From Octopus sinensis (taxonomy: Eukaryota), in the NCBI RefSeq assembly GCF_006345805.1, contig NC_042999.1, forward strand, positions 8,246,001-8,310,000: DNA of 64,000 nucleotides, read 5' to 3'. Under the pieces are notes generated by a model that was not told where the DNA came from, did not search any database, and saw nothing but the letters and a program-made list of their open reading frames with translations. Positions 38,857-51,061 of the stretch are shown here, piece after piece; position 1 is the stretch's first letter; the number at the start of each line of letters is the position of its first letter. Both the position numbers and the translations under genes were made by a program.

Positions 38857-39590
38857 GGCAGCGAGGATCTGGCAGAAACGTTAGCACGCCGGGCGAAACG
38901 CTTAGCGGTATTTCGTCTGCTGCCACGTTCTGAGTTCAAATTCCACCGAGGTCGACTTTGACTTTCATCCTTTCGGCGTCGATAAATTAAGTACCAGTTA
39001 CGCACTGGGGTCGATGTAATCGACTTAACACCTATGTCTGTCCTTGTTTGTCCCCTCTATGTTTAGCCCCTTGTGGGTAATAAAGAAATAGGTATTTCGC
39101 CTGCTGCTACGTTCTGAGTTCAAATTCCGTCGAGGTCGACTTTGACATTTATCCTTTCGGGGTCGATTAAATAAGTACAAGTTACGCACTGGGATCGATG
39201 TAATTGACTTAATCCGTGCGTCTGTCCTTGTTTGTCCCCTCTATGTTTAACCCCTTGTGGGTAATAAAGAAAAAAGAAACGTTAGCACGCCGGGCAAAAT
39301 GCTTAGCGGTATTTCGTCTGTCTTTACGTTCTGAGTTCAAATTCTGCTGAGGTCAACTTTGCCTTTCATCCTTTCGGGGTCGATAAATTAAGTACTAGTT
39401 GCCCACTGGCGTCTATCTAATCGACTGGCCCCTCCCCAAAAGTTTCGGGCCTTTTGCCTAGAATAGGAAAGAAACGTTAGCACGCCGAGTAAAATGCTTA
39501 GCGATATTTTGTCTGTCATCACGTACGGAGTTTAAATTCCGCCGAGGTCGACTTCGCTTTTCCTCCATTTGAAGTCGAGAAAAATATGTA
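38857..39590 (+). mobile_element. SINE family B, tandem multimer (~4 units)
   Basis: Repeated ~185-bp unit GTATTTCG...GAGTTCAAATTCC...GGTCGACTTTGCCTTTCATCCTTTCGGGGTCG...AAAGAAATAG. Confidence 0.88.
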
Positions 39591-39704
39591 CCAGGGGATA
39601 AGGGGAGCGGTTAATCGATTATACTGGGGTCAATGTTATCAACTTATCCCTCCCACAAAATTGCTTACATCTGACAAATATTTGTCCACATCTTGTTTGT
39701 TGTT

Positions 39705-39750
39705 AACACAACGTTTCGGCTGATATACCCTCCAGCCTTCATCAGGTGTC
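39705..39750 (-). ncRNA. Minimal (dimer-type) hammerhead motif, intact core
   Basis: Minus strand: GACAC CTGATGA a GGCTG-gagggtatat-CAGCC GAAA CGT T GTGTT. ACGT palindrome as stem III, with an extra A after A9. Confidence 0.75.
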
Positions 39751-39830
39751 TTGGGGAAATTTCGAACCTGAGTTCTATTTCCTAAGGTATATTTCGATGT
39801 TGTAGTTGTTGTTATTATTATTATTATTAT

Positions 39831-39909
39831 TCAGGTCACTGCTTGGAATCGAACTCGGAATCTTGGGGTTAGTAGCCCGCACTCTTAACCACTACGCCAC
39901 ATGCCCGTG
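39831..39909 (-). mobile_element. About 80-bp tRNA-head-only SINE (family E) with a (TAA)n tail
   Basis: Sense GGCGTAGTGGTTAAGAGTGCGGGCTACTAACCCCAAGATTCCGAGTTCGATTCC...GTGACCTGA(ATA)n. Other copies at 42187-42263 (-) and 50954-51022 (+, deleted). Confidence 0.7.
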
Positions 39910-40723
39910 TAGAAAAGTTTATGGTGTTGTTGTTGTTATTGTGTCAAAAAATGAAATCAATATTTTACTTAGGTATCGTACAAGATTTCAACGTCGTCAT
40001 GCTTGTCTCTACTTTTCATACCTTTAGAATAACTATACCAAATCATGTATTCGGTATATGGAGTTCTTTATTCTAGAAAAATATGTGGCTTTCTACCAAT
40101 GTTAAAAATCGTTATTTCTTGCATAATAACTCTCGTGAACTCTGTATCCTTGACTGAAGCTAATTCACAGCATTTAGGCTGTTAATGCTACCATTAATGC
40201 TATCGCAAAAAAGCGCAGAACACACATAAAAAAATAATAAATGCTTTTCTTAGAATTTTTAGATTTTGTGCCAAAACAATGAAACATTATTCCATAATGA
40301 TTTCTCATTATGATATCCGTTTATTTATAGAAAAAAGATTAAAAATTAGAATAGAAAATAACGCGAAAGTATAATGGGAAAAAGTTTTTAATATTAATCT
40401 TTATTCACTGTAACTGTACTTTACTAAGATTAATGTAAAATCGTTTAAAACAATTGTTTTTTATTTTGTATAAATCTACTTCAACGGAAAACAATGTAAA
40501 TTATTTTTAAATGCTAAAATGAATTTAATCTTTATTTAATGTAAAGATGCAATAAGAAACTCTCTGTTGATTGAGACCCTGTTGCTCGGCAACAGATGCT
40601 TGAGCGGCCAGAGTCATACAACCTGCAATTCTTCGAACTAACAACGTTTGAACCTCAAGAAATAACAACCAAATGTCCTTCAAATTACATTCTACAGTCT
40701 TACATGTGATATATTGGATAATG

Positions 40724-41107
40724 TGGAGGCGCAATGGCCCAGTGGTTAGGGCAGCGGACTCGCGGTCATAGGATCGCGGTTTCGATTCCCAGACCGGGCG
40801 TTGTGAGTGATTATTGAGCGAAAACACCAAAAGCTCCACGAGGCTCCGGCAGGGGGTGGTGGTGATCCCTGCTGTACTCTTTCAACACAACTTTCTCTCA
40901 CTCTTACTTCCTGTTTCTGTTGTACCTGTATTTCAAAGGGCCGGCCTTGTCACTCTCTGTGTCACGCTGAATATCTCCGAGAACTACGTTAAGAGTGCAC
41001 CTCTCTGTGGAGTGCTCAGCCACTTACACGTTAATTTCACGAGCAGGCTGTTCCGTTGATTCGGATCAACCGGAACCCTCGTCGTCGTAACCGACGGAGT
41101 GCTTCCA
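40724..41107 (+). mobile_element. tRNA-derived SINE, family C (full length)
   Basis: Head GGAGGCGCAATGGCCCAGTGGTTAGG...GGTTTCGATTCCC, ~11-bp TSD ATATTGGATAA. Relatives at 28925-29180, 29345-29490, 35682-36002, 36743-36980 and 45402-45700. Confidence 0.88.
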
Positions 41108-41448
41108 TATTGGATAAGGCAGCCTTAAATATACTAAATCTGTGGTCGGTGGGGGAACTGTTAGCCAAGAATGAAACATCGGAATTCAGATCAGTCAGAA
41201 CGACTCAGTGTTAACCAGCAGCAGCAGCACTCTATCATTTCTCTGTGTGGACGAATAGTGCAAAAATCAAACGGAAACACTCAACATTTGTAAGTATTCG
41301 CTGATGTAATTAATTGAAAACAAATCGATGCTGGTTAATTTAATTTAGAATCACAGGAATGAGAAAGACAGCAGATAAATAGACGAACAGAGTTCATTAT
41401 TTACATTATTTACATTTGACAGACATTTGTCCTCATCTTGTTTGTTAT

Positions 41449-41495
41449 TAAAACAACGTTTCAGCTGATATACCCTCCAGCCTTCATCAGGTGTC
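41449..41495 (-). ncRNA. Minimal hammerhead motif, same family as 39705
   Basis: GACAC CTGATGA a GGCTG...CAGCT GAAA CGT T GTTTT. One mismatch in stem I. Confidence 0.6.
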
Positions 41496-41724
41496 TTGGG
41501 GAAATTTCGAACCTGCCAACGTTTCTTTCCTATTCTAGGCAAAAGACCCGAAACTTTTGGAGAGGAGGCCAGTCGATTAGATAGACGCCAGTGCGCAACT
41601 AGTACTTAATTTATCGACCCCGAAAGGATGATAGGCAAAGTTGACCTCGGCAGAATTTGAACTCAGAATGTAAAGACAGACGAAATAGCGCTAAAAATTC
41701 CTAAGGTATTTTTCTATGTTATTA

Positions 41725-42180
41725 TTACTAATTTTCCTTCTTTCTTCAAATTTTCTTCCGTTTCTTGCGGGGTGTTTTCCATACACCTAGGGCAGAGAAG
41801 CTCATTGTATGCATTCCCAGATTACACACGCAAATTCACAGGTAAAATATGTATTTAAAAAATTAATAAATAAATAAATTCTTGAATGTATGTTATTTTC
41901 ACAGCGATAATGTTCTTCTCAGTACATGAGCCGTTCCAGTTTATACGATTTTTTGCATTTCCTGTAGGGATGGTAAGCCTGGTATCATTTTCAAATAGGT
42001 TTCAGTATCTTTTTTTAACATTCCTAGAGATCCTACAATCACTGGTACTGTAGTCGCCTTGAGATGCCACATTTTTTCAATTTCTATTAGCAAGTCTTTA
42101 TATTTACTAAACTTGTCAAATTCTTTTGGCGCTATATTGTGATCGTAGGAATACTCATGTCAATTAATAAACACATATTT
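41725..42180 (-). mobile_element. 3' fragment of a third Dong/R4-like subfamily
   Basis: Minus strand gives CLLIDMSIP / DHNIAPKEFDKFSKYKDLLIEIEKMWHLKATTVPVIVGSLGM...RRTLSL* with a frameshift and an internal stop. The 3' UTR resembles the main family and ends in a short TAA tail. Confidence 0.8.
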
Positions 42181-42327
42181 TTTGTTAGGTCACTGCCTGG
42201 AATCGAACTCAGAATCTTGGGGTTAGTATCCCGTGCTCTTAACCACTACGCCACATGCCCGTGTAGAAAAGTTTATGGTGTTGTTGTTGTTATTGTGGTT
42301 TTTAACCCCAGGTCAGCCATATGTACT

Positions 42328-43271
42328 AGATCTCGGATCTTTTCTAAAAGAAGGCCAGATTTTTCTAGTTAACTAAATAATTTGAAACTTCGTATACTGG
42401 TAGAATGTGTCAAAAGGAAACATTAATTTCAATTAGTTTTTTGGAGAAAAATGTATTTTCTAACTTTTAAGTAGTTTAATTCTTCGAATTTTAACCAATC
42501 GTATTCTCTGTTTTGACCTCAATTCATTTACTGCCGTGTTATTTATCCTTATCAGTCTTCTGTTTTCTGTCTTCAAAGGCTTGTTTATTTCAATGTCATC
42601 ACTGAATTACGGACCGATTACCTGTGTGTGTGTGTTTTTGTTGCGTGTGTGTGTTTGTGTGTGTGTGTGTGTGTGTTTTTTTTGTTGTGTATGTGTGCGT
42701 GTGTGTGTTTTTTTTGTGTGTGTGTGTGTTTGTTGTGTATGTCTGTGCGTGAGTGTGTTTGTGTGTGTGTATGTGTGTGTGTGTTTGTTGTGTGTGTGTG
42801 TGTGTTATTGCTGTGTATGTGTGTGTGTTGGGCGACGAAATTCATCGATTTAAGAGATACACAACTCACGCACACATACACAACAAAAAGACACACACAC
42901 ACAAACACACACACGCACACACATACACAACAAAAACACACACGCACACACATACACAACAAAAACACACACACACAGGTAATCGGTCCGTAATTCAGTG
43001 ATGACATTGAAATAAACAAGCCTTTGAAGACAGAAAACAGAAGACTGATAAGGATAAATAACACGGCAGTAAATGAATTGAGGTCAAAACAGAGAATACG
43101 ATTGGTTAAAATTCGAAGAATTAACTACGTAAAAGTTAGAAAATACATTTTTCTCCAAAAAACTAATTGAAATTAATGTTTTCTTTTGACACATTCTACC
43201 AGTATACGAAGTTTCAAATTATTTAGTTAACTAGAAAAATCTGGCCTTCTTTTAGAAAAGATCCGAGATCT
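42328..43271. mobile_element. Foldback element: ~300-bp unique inverted arms plus inverted (TG)/(CA)-rich internal arrays
   Basis: 42328 to about 42625 is the reverse complement of about 42975-43271. The inner arrays of a ~30-bp GT-rich unit are also inverted, with a ~40-bp spacer. Confidence 0.9.
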
Positions 43272-43724
43272 CTATTATATCACTAGATCTGTAACCAATA
43301 ACATTTTAACCGTTAAAATTTTACCTCATTTTAAATGTAGTATATTTAGGACTACAATCTTGAATATGTTAGTTTACCCCACAAAGATGATAAGGTGTAA
43401 ACTGAAGAGAATTTCTGTACCATTTCTTGTTGGTTAAACAGCAGTAATGATGCCGCAGACGTCGCCATCATTTTCCCCAGCAAAGACTGACTTTAAGTAT
43501 TCAATCAGTTATCGATCTCATTCAGCTGAAATCTGCTTTCATTTCTTTGAAGTCGAAATATACAACCTCCATGTCATTAACTGAAAACCTCATCCACAAA
43601 AATACTGGCCTTTTTACCTAATTATAATGAATCAGCATTAATTATTTAGTTTCATTAAATTAATTTATCGCAGCCATTTTACATCATTTGGTGGTAAATG
43701 TGCATATATATATACATATATATA

Positions 43725-43769
<45 letters not shown>

Positions 43770-43834
43770 TATATATATATACATATATATATTTATATAT
43801 ATATATATATATAATATATATATATATATATTAT

Positions 43835-43867
<33 letters not shown>

Positions 43868-43918
43868 CATATACATAGATATATATATATATACAAACAC
43901 ATATATATATACATACAC

Positions 43919-43957
<39 letters not shown>

Positions 43958-44073
43958 GTGTGTGTGTACATTTTGTGGATCTAGATATGTATGCATGTGT
44001 ATGCGAGCTTGCGTATGTCAACTCATGAACTTATGATACATATATTATATTCTATGCATGTATGTATGTATGC

Positions 44074-44115
<42 letters not shown>

Positions 44116-44530
44116 CAGTATGAAATATTAGCAGATGATATACAAAATAAACATGATAATTGCCGAATGTGACTACTTTTATAATTGAATTGGCACCAAA
44201 AATTGCTGCCTTTTTGAAAATATTCATTTATATTTTTGTTGTAATTCGCTTTATTAAATTAATTATTTCAAAGTAACTTTTGTCATTTAGAGGCAGATAC
44301 AATTACTCGACATATCTGATCGGTAGATTTCATAATCAATTTATTAATTTATTAATTGCCAATGTGATAAGTAATACTAGAACAAAACATAAAAAATTAA
44401 AAGTAAACCGATCGAAAACATCGATAGCAATTTATATTGAACTTCATGTGTATTGATTAATTTCGTGGCGATTTCAAATATGCACTTTTCCAAAATGTGT
44501 ATGAGTTGCTGTTGGGGGTCTGTAGACATA

Positions 44531-44929
44531 TCTTTATATATAAAAGTGAGGTTGTGTGTGAGACTCTGTCTCCTCCGATTTAGATTCCTAACTACTCCCA
44601 CATTTTGCGGTGCAGTTTAACCAAAACCGGGTATCTTATAGTCGCGATTCATATCGAGCCCTTCTGGGTATTAGCGCGCGTCTGCGATGAGTCTACGATT
44701 TAAAAAAAAATTTACCATCAATTTTTCCCATTTTTAATGCATTTTTGGCATATATAAGGGAAGTAACTCTCTAAAAGTTTATTAAATCTCAGAACGTAAA
44801 AAGCTACAGTAACACCCCCCCCCCCTTGTGGTTAGCCATATTGAGATGGCTATTATACTTTACATCTCTAAAAATGCTTATATAGTTATTTCCCTTACAA
44901 ACCCGAGCGACGCCGGGCGATACTGCTAG
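44531..44929 (+). mobile_element. Non-autonomous Helitron (399 bp)
   Basis: A|TC...CTAG|T termini, 3' GC hairpin CCCGAGCGACGCCGGG about 8 nt upstream of CTAG, no TSD. Confidence 0.85.
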
Positions 44930-46009
44930 TACTTAATATAAAGCGGCGAGGAGGTAGAATTATTCGAACTGGATTAGGCTTCGTGCCGGAGCACGGCTTT
45001 GAAGAACTGATAGTCGAATGAATCGACCCCGGTACTTCTTTTTAAAGCCAGTTTCTTTTACTTTGTTACCAAACAGCTAAATTACGGAGAAGTAAATACA
45101 CAAACACCGGTCGTCAAGACGTAGTGGTATGACACACACACACACTTATACGACAGTCTTCTTTCAGTTTCCATCTACCACATCCGCTCACAAGGCTTTG
45201 GTCACCCTGAGGTTTTTGTAGGAGACACTTGAGCAAGGAGCCATGCAGTGGGACTGAACCCGGAATGATATGGTTGGGAAGCAAGCTTCTTACCACACAA
45301 TAACACCTGATATATGTATTATATTATTTCGGTATGGTATAACGATACTAATAACCAATAGCTACAAGTCAAACTAATTATTATTTAGAATAAAGCATTA
45401 GGTGGAGGCACATGGCTTAGTGGTTAGAGCAGCGAACTCGCGGTCGAGGGATCGCGGGTTCGAATCTCAGATGTTTGTGCTTATGAGCGAAACACCTAAT
45501 CTCCACGCGGCTCCGGCAGAAGGTAATGGCGAATTTCTGCTGACTCTTTCGCCACAACTTCCTCTCACTCTTTCCTCCTGCCTCTTGCAGCTCACCTGCG
45601 ACGGACCGGCGTCCCGTCCAGGTGGGGAACCTATACGCCAAGGAAACGGGAAACCGGCCCCTATTGGCCAAGCGTGGCTCGAGAAGGAACAAACAACAAC
45701 AATAAAGCGCTAGACGAATACACAGCGTAATATTAACGACGACAAAGGAACAGGGATTACACAACCAACTTCATTAGCGTACAGGTGTTTCTGCTATAGC
45801 AAAGAGTGCACTCAGAGCTGAGTGCTTTACTTTACTGGTTCTGCTGAAGCTATATGTTGCACAAACTCATAGTGCTGAGTACATTGCTTTTTATAGCGGA
45901 AACACTTGTACGCTAATGTAGCTGATTGCATAGTCGCTGTCCACTTGTCATTCATTGATTAATATATATGTGCGTATATATAAATATAGTTAAAAAAGAT
46001 ACACAGACA

Positions 46010-46352
<343 letters not shown>

Positions 46353-47094
46353 AGAGTCAGATAAGCGAAACATGAATGAAAAAGCGTAGAAACATAAAAT
46401 GAAAACCCATCAAGGAAGGAGTGTACAATGAAAATAGTATACCAATGGAAAGCAGAAAATAACTAATGATTCAAAGAGAAGGGAAAATAACTAAGAGAAG
46501 AAAAAAGAAATATACGATAGCGAATATACGACGTCGGTTCAGTTGGCAGGCTTAGTGTAATAGGGAGAGTGGGCAGTGGGAAAAGAAGACATGAAATAGA
46601 AACAGAATCTGTGTTACAGTGGAAATAAAAGAAAAGAGATTATAAACAAAAGGTGTGGTTTTGAGCCAAAATATCCTTTCCTACTTGACAGATATAGCTA
46701 CTGGTTTGTTTAAGATTGGTTGCAAATTCTTGGGGCTGATGTACCAAAATGGCCGCAGTAAAATGACAGAAATCAGAAAAAATAGGATAAAATGTAAATT
46801 AATACTAATTTTGAAAATAAATAGAAAAAGTAAAATGTAAAGAAAAGAGAAAAAAGTAGACATCATGTCCATGTCTTAGTCAGTTAAATAACTTATATAT
46901 TAATACAATAGTACCTTCCTATCTACCTTCTTGCATCTCTTGTCACTCTAGAAATTTTATTGAAAGGGAGAAATTTTTATTTACGAAAAAGTTTACAATT
47001 TGATCTTGGCGGGATTTGAACTTACAATATAAAGTAACCAGATTAAACACCACCGGTTAATTTTTACCACAATAAAATGATTCTATTCTATTCT

Positions 47095-47519
47095 ATTCTA
47101 GGCACAAAACCCGAAATTTTGAGGGAGGGGACCAGTTGATTAGATCAACTCCAGTATACAACTGGTACTTAATTTATCGACCCCGAAAGGGTGAAAGGCA
47201 AAGTCAACTTCGGCGGAATTTGAACACAGAACGTAACGGCAGACGAAATACCGCTAAAGCATTTCACCCGGCGTACTAACGTTTCTTATTTCTTTACTGC
47301 CCACAAGGGGCTACACACAGAGAGGACAAACAATGACAGACAAACGGATTAAGTCGATTATATCGACCCCAGTGCGTAACTGGTACTTATTTAATCGCCC
47401 CCGAAAGATGAAAGGCAAAGTCGACTTCGGCGGAATTTGAACTCAGAACGTAGCGGCAGAAGAGATACCGCTAAGCATTTCGCCCGGCGTGCTAACGTTT
47501 CTGCCAGCTCGCCGCCCTC
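47095..47519 (-). mobile_element. SINE family B dimer
   Basis: Two units joined at AAAGAAATAA|GAAACGTTAG. Monomers also lie at 8191-8345, 31813-32043, 41527-41695, 49972-50200, 56828-57062 and 60578-60803. Confidence 0.85.
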
Positions 47520-48101
47520 ACAATAAAATGATTCTGCCAGCTCATGGCCATAAGTAAAGAAGTTGGTCTATCAAATTTGATGACGATCAACAAGTGCTAA
47601 ACCTAAATAAATAGATAAATAATGGAAGGAAGGAAGGCAAGATATTAAGATACTTAAAGTTATCATGTTTGTCCATTGGTGAAGATGAGAACTTCGCCAT
47701 ACGACCACTCGACACGTGATGCATCCATGGAGGAGACCAAACATTGTCAACTGCAACCGCCTTTACTGCATCTCACGTGCGTCTCAAGGTAGGGAAGTGT
47801 CGGTATTTCAGCATTACAAATGGCTGACGCCTCCACTACCACAATGAAAGGTTCGCCATCGGTCGCTCCAAGAAGTGTCGCTTATTACAATTCGATGAAG
47901 TCTTTGCTCGACAATACAGCAGCACTTCAGCAAGAGAGACAGTCACGTGGTGGCGATGAGAAATCTTGACTTGCAGAATTTCTTCTCGCTCTTTGATTCT
48001 GCCTTTCAGCATTTTAAGGTCGATAAACATTGTACCAGTCAAGTACTGATCGCATTTGTATTGACTAATCTCTCTCTTTCTCAATATGGGTGGTCTTGTA
48101 A

Positions 48102-48848
48102 TGCGGCAGGTTGGCAGAATCATTAGCACGCCGGGCGAAATGCGTCGCGGTATTTTGTCTGCCGCTACGTTCTGAATTCAAATTCCGCCGAGGTCGACTT
48201 TGCCTTTCTTCTTTTCGGGGTCGATGAAATAAGTACCAGTTACGCACTGGGGTCGATATAATAGACTTAATCCATTTGTCTGTCCTTGTTTGTCCTCTCT
48301 GTGTTTAGCCCCTTGTAGGTAGTAAAGAAATAGGTATTTCATCTGCTGCTACGTTCTGAGTTCAAATTCCGCCGAGGTCGACTTTGCCTTTCATCCTTTC
48401 GGGGTCGATAAATTAAGTACCAGTTACGCACTGGGGTCGATGTAATCGACTTAATCTCCTTGTTTGTCCTCTCTGTGTTTAGCCCCTTGTAGGTAGTAAA
48501 GAAATAGGTATTTCATCTGCTGCTACGTTCTGAGTTCAAATTCCGCCGAGGTCGACTTTGCCTCTCATCCTTTCGGGGTCGATAAATTAAGTACCAGTTA
48601 CGCACTGGGGTCGATATAATAGACTTAATCTCCTTGTTTGTCCTCTCTGTGTTTAGCCCCTTGTAGGTAGTAAAGAAATAGGTATTTCGTCTGCCGTTAC
48701 GTTCTGAGTTCAAATTCCGCCGAGGTCGACTTTGCCTTTCATCCTTTCGGGGTCGATAGATTAATACCAGTTGCGTACTGGGGTCGATCTAATCGACTTG
48801 CTCCCTACCCCAAACGTTTCCAGCCTTGTGCCTAGTGTAGAAAAGAAT
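48102..48848 (+). mobile_element. SINE family B, tandem multimer (4 units)
   Basis: One headed unit followed by three units restarting at GTATTTC. Confidence 0.9.
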
Positions 48849-49423
48849 ATTGCTGGTCTTGTCCTGAAATTAGAATACAAGTTTTGCGTAGTTATCTCGG
48901 ATGACATTTGGCTTTGAAAGCTCTTTTCTCTTATATTTAGAATTTAAGGACCATTTCTAGGAGTGAAGTGTCGGTGCACTTGAAACGACATTAAATTAAA
49001 ATACCAGAGATTACAATATATACACATACATAAACTACCTGGGTTACGTGTAACGCAATCGACCTTGACTCGAAAGATTATGAGAGAAAGGAATTTATAA
49101 GGCGATTTTCGGGAAAATTTCAACGATCAACACTTAGTTACAACGAACAGAAAATAAATTCATTTAATTTCTTTGGAGATTATTCTCCTGCTATGAATAT
49201 TCGTCTTTTTAAAGCAGAAATACGATCCATCGACATTCTGGGCGAAGATCTGTGTTTTTAATCTACAAGTCTTTTTGAGAAGTTTCTTCGAGACAAAACA
49301 CCACAGCTAGTGCCGTTGACGGATATGTATATATTATAAACTTCAGTTTTCTTTTTAATTTAATGCCGTTTCAAGTGCGTATTCTAATTTAATTTTTTTA
49401 AAGTTAGTGAGCTTTCTCATGTT

Positions 49424-50266
49424 AGCTTTTTACTTCTAAGAATTTAATATTAATCGAGTTCGTGACCATCAAACAAGTTCATTACCATTTTTCGCTATTT
49501 TTCTCTCTTTATTTTTAACTTGTGTACAGAAAATATTTTTTGTGGGTTTCTCCGAGAGATTCCATTGATTTGGTTCGGAATAATCAACACGAGTTAAACT
49601 GACCAATTTTTTTTTTTTTTTTTTTAAAGTTTTATTTTGTCTTTGTAGTTTTCATCTCCCAAAACCTTTAATTAGGGATTGAATCTAATGATTTTAATGA
49701 ATAATTTCATTGGCAAAATAATCAGATCCCAATGAACTTGTCAACAATCGTTTCTCGAAGAAGTAAGATGATTGAGTGGACACCGAATTCATCGCACAAA
49801 ATACAGCATCGCTTACTCCATCATTTGAACAGGTGTGTTGAAAACGTGCCAGCTTCACTTCAGGTAAACTGATTGCTGTTGCTCTCGATAATCGTGAAGC
49901 AGTCAGTTTGTTCACATGCGCTGAATTTCTCTCATCTTAAAATTTGCTCTGCTGTGGTACACTGCGGCTATAATAGTGAGCTGGCAGAAGCGTTAGCGCG
50001 CCGGACGAAATGCTTAGCGGTATTTCGTCTGTCGTTACGTTCTGAGTTCAAATTCCGCCGGGGTCGACTTTGCCTTTCATCCTCTCGGGGTCGATAAATA
50101 AAGTACCAGTTTCGCACTGGGTCGATATAATCGACTTAATCCCTTTGTCTGACCTTGTTTGTCCCCTCTATGTTTAGCCCCTTGTGGGCAATAAAGAAAT
50201 ATATAATAGTGCTTACTCAGTGCCCCATATATATGCGGAAGCTGCTGCTGCTGTTACTACTACTGT

Positions 50267-50304
<38 letters not shown>

Positions 50305-50885
50305 TTACTACTACTAGGCATCTAAGATGTATATTATATATAATTATATAGATAAGGATAAGATTGTTAATTTAAAATAAAACAACAAACTTATCAAGTG
50401 GTCAGCATGGAAAAAATAACCTTCAAAGGTAATAATTATTAAAATTATAAATTAGGGTATCTACGAGATACCACCATGCTGAAAATAGCAGCCATGAACC
50501 GACTCTAAAACCACCTTAAGTTTTCATATAGCAACATGGAGAAAAGACAAAGAGACAAGATGCAACTAGTAAAAAATACTGGATATTTCTAGATCCCGGA
50601 TTTCTGACTTTGCATTTAGAAATGCTTTGCTTCGTCAGTAGAATACACTCAGAAAGAAACATAAATACATATATATATATAAATACAACTTATATATATA
50701 TATATTAATACAACTTAAGGTGGTTTTAGAGTCGGTTCATGGCTACTATTTTCAGCATGGTGGTACCTCGTAGATACCCTAATTTATGATATTATATATA
50801 AATATATATACAAATGTAAAATGGTAATGAACTTGTTCAATGGTCATGGACTCGATTAATATTAAATTCTTAGGAGTAAAAAGCT
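49424..50885. repeat. Outer 67-bp inverted repeat pair enclosing a SINE and an inner inverted repeat
   Basis: 49424-49490 vs 50818-50885, about 5 mismatches. Confidence 0.7.
50447..50787. repeat. 76-bp inverted repeat pair (MITE-like)
   Basis: ATAAATTAGGGTATC...CCTTAAGTT (50447-50522) vs its reverse complement at 50712-50787, 2 mismatches. Confidence 0.85.
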
Positions 50886-51030
50886 CATTAACTGGCTAGG
50901 ATTGAAAAGGACGCATAAATAAATAATAAAAAAGTACATTATTTACATAGGCCCACGGGCATAAGACGTAGTGGTTAAGAGCGCAGGCTACTAACCCCGA
51001 GATGAATTCCAGGCAGTGACCTTAATAATG

Positions 51031-51061
<31 letters not shown>

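Noticed and set aside
38857-39590. CRISPR-like appearance of the repeated units
   Set aside because: The units are ~185-bp SINE monomers with no unique spacers, in eukaryotic DNA with no cas genes.
47820-47969. 49-aa ORF MADASTTTMKGSPSVAPRSV... in a GC-richer island
   Set aside because: No recognisable homology, an in-frame stop just upstream, and no convincing splice sites.
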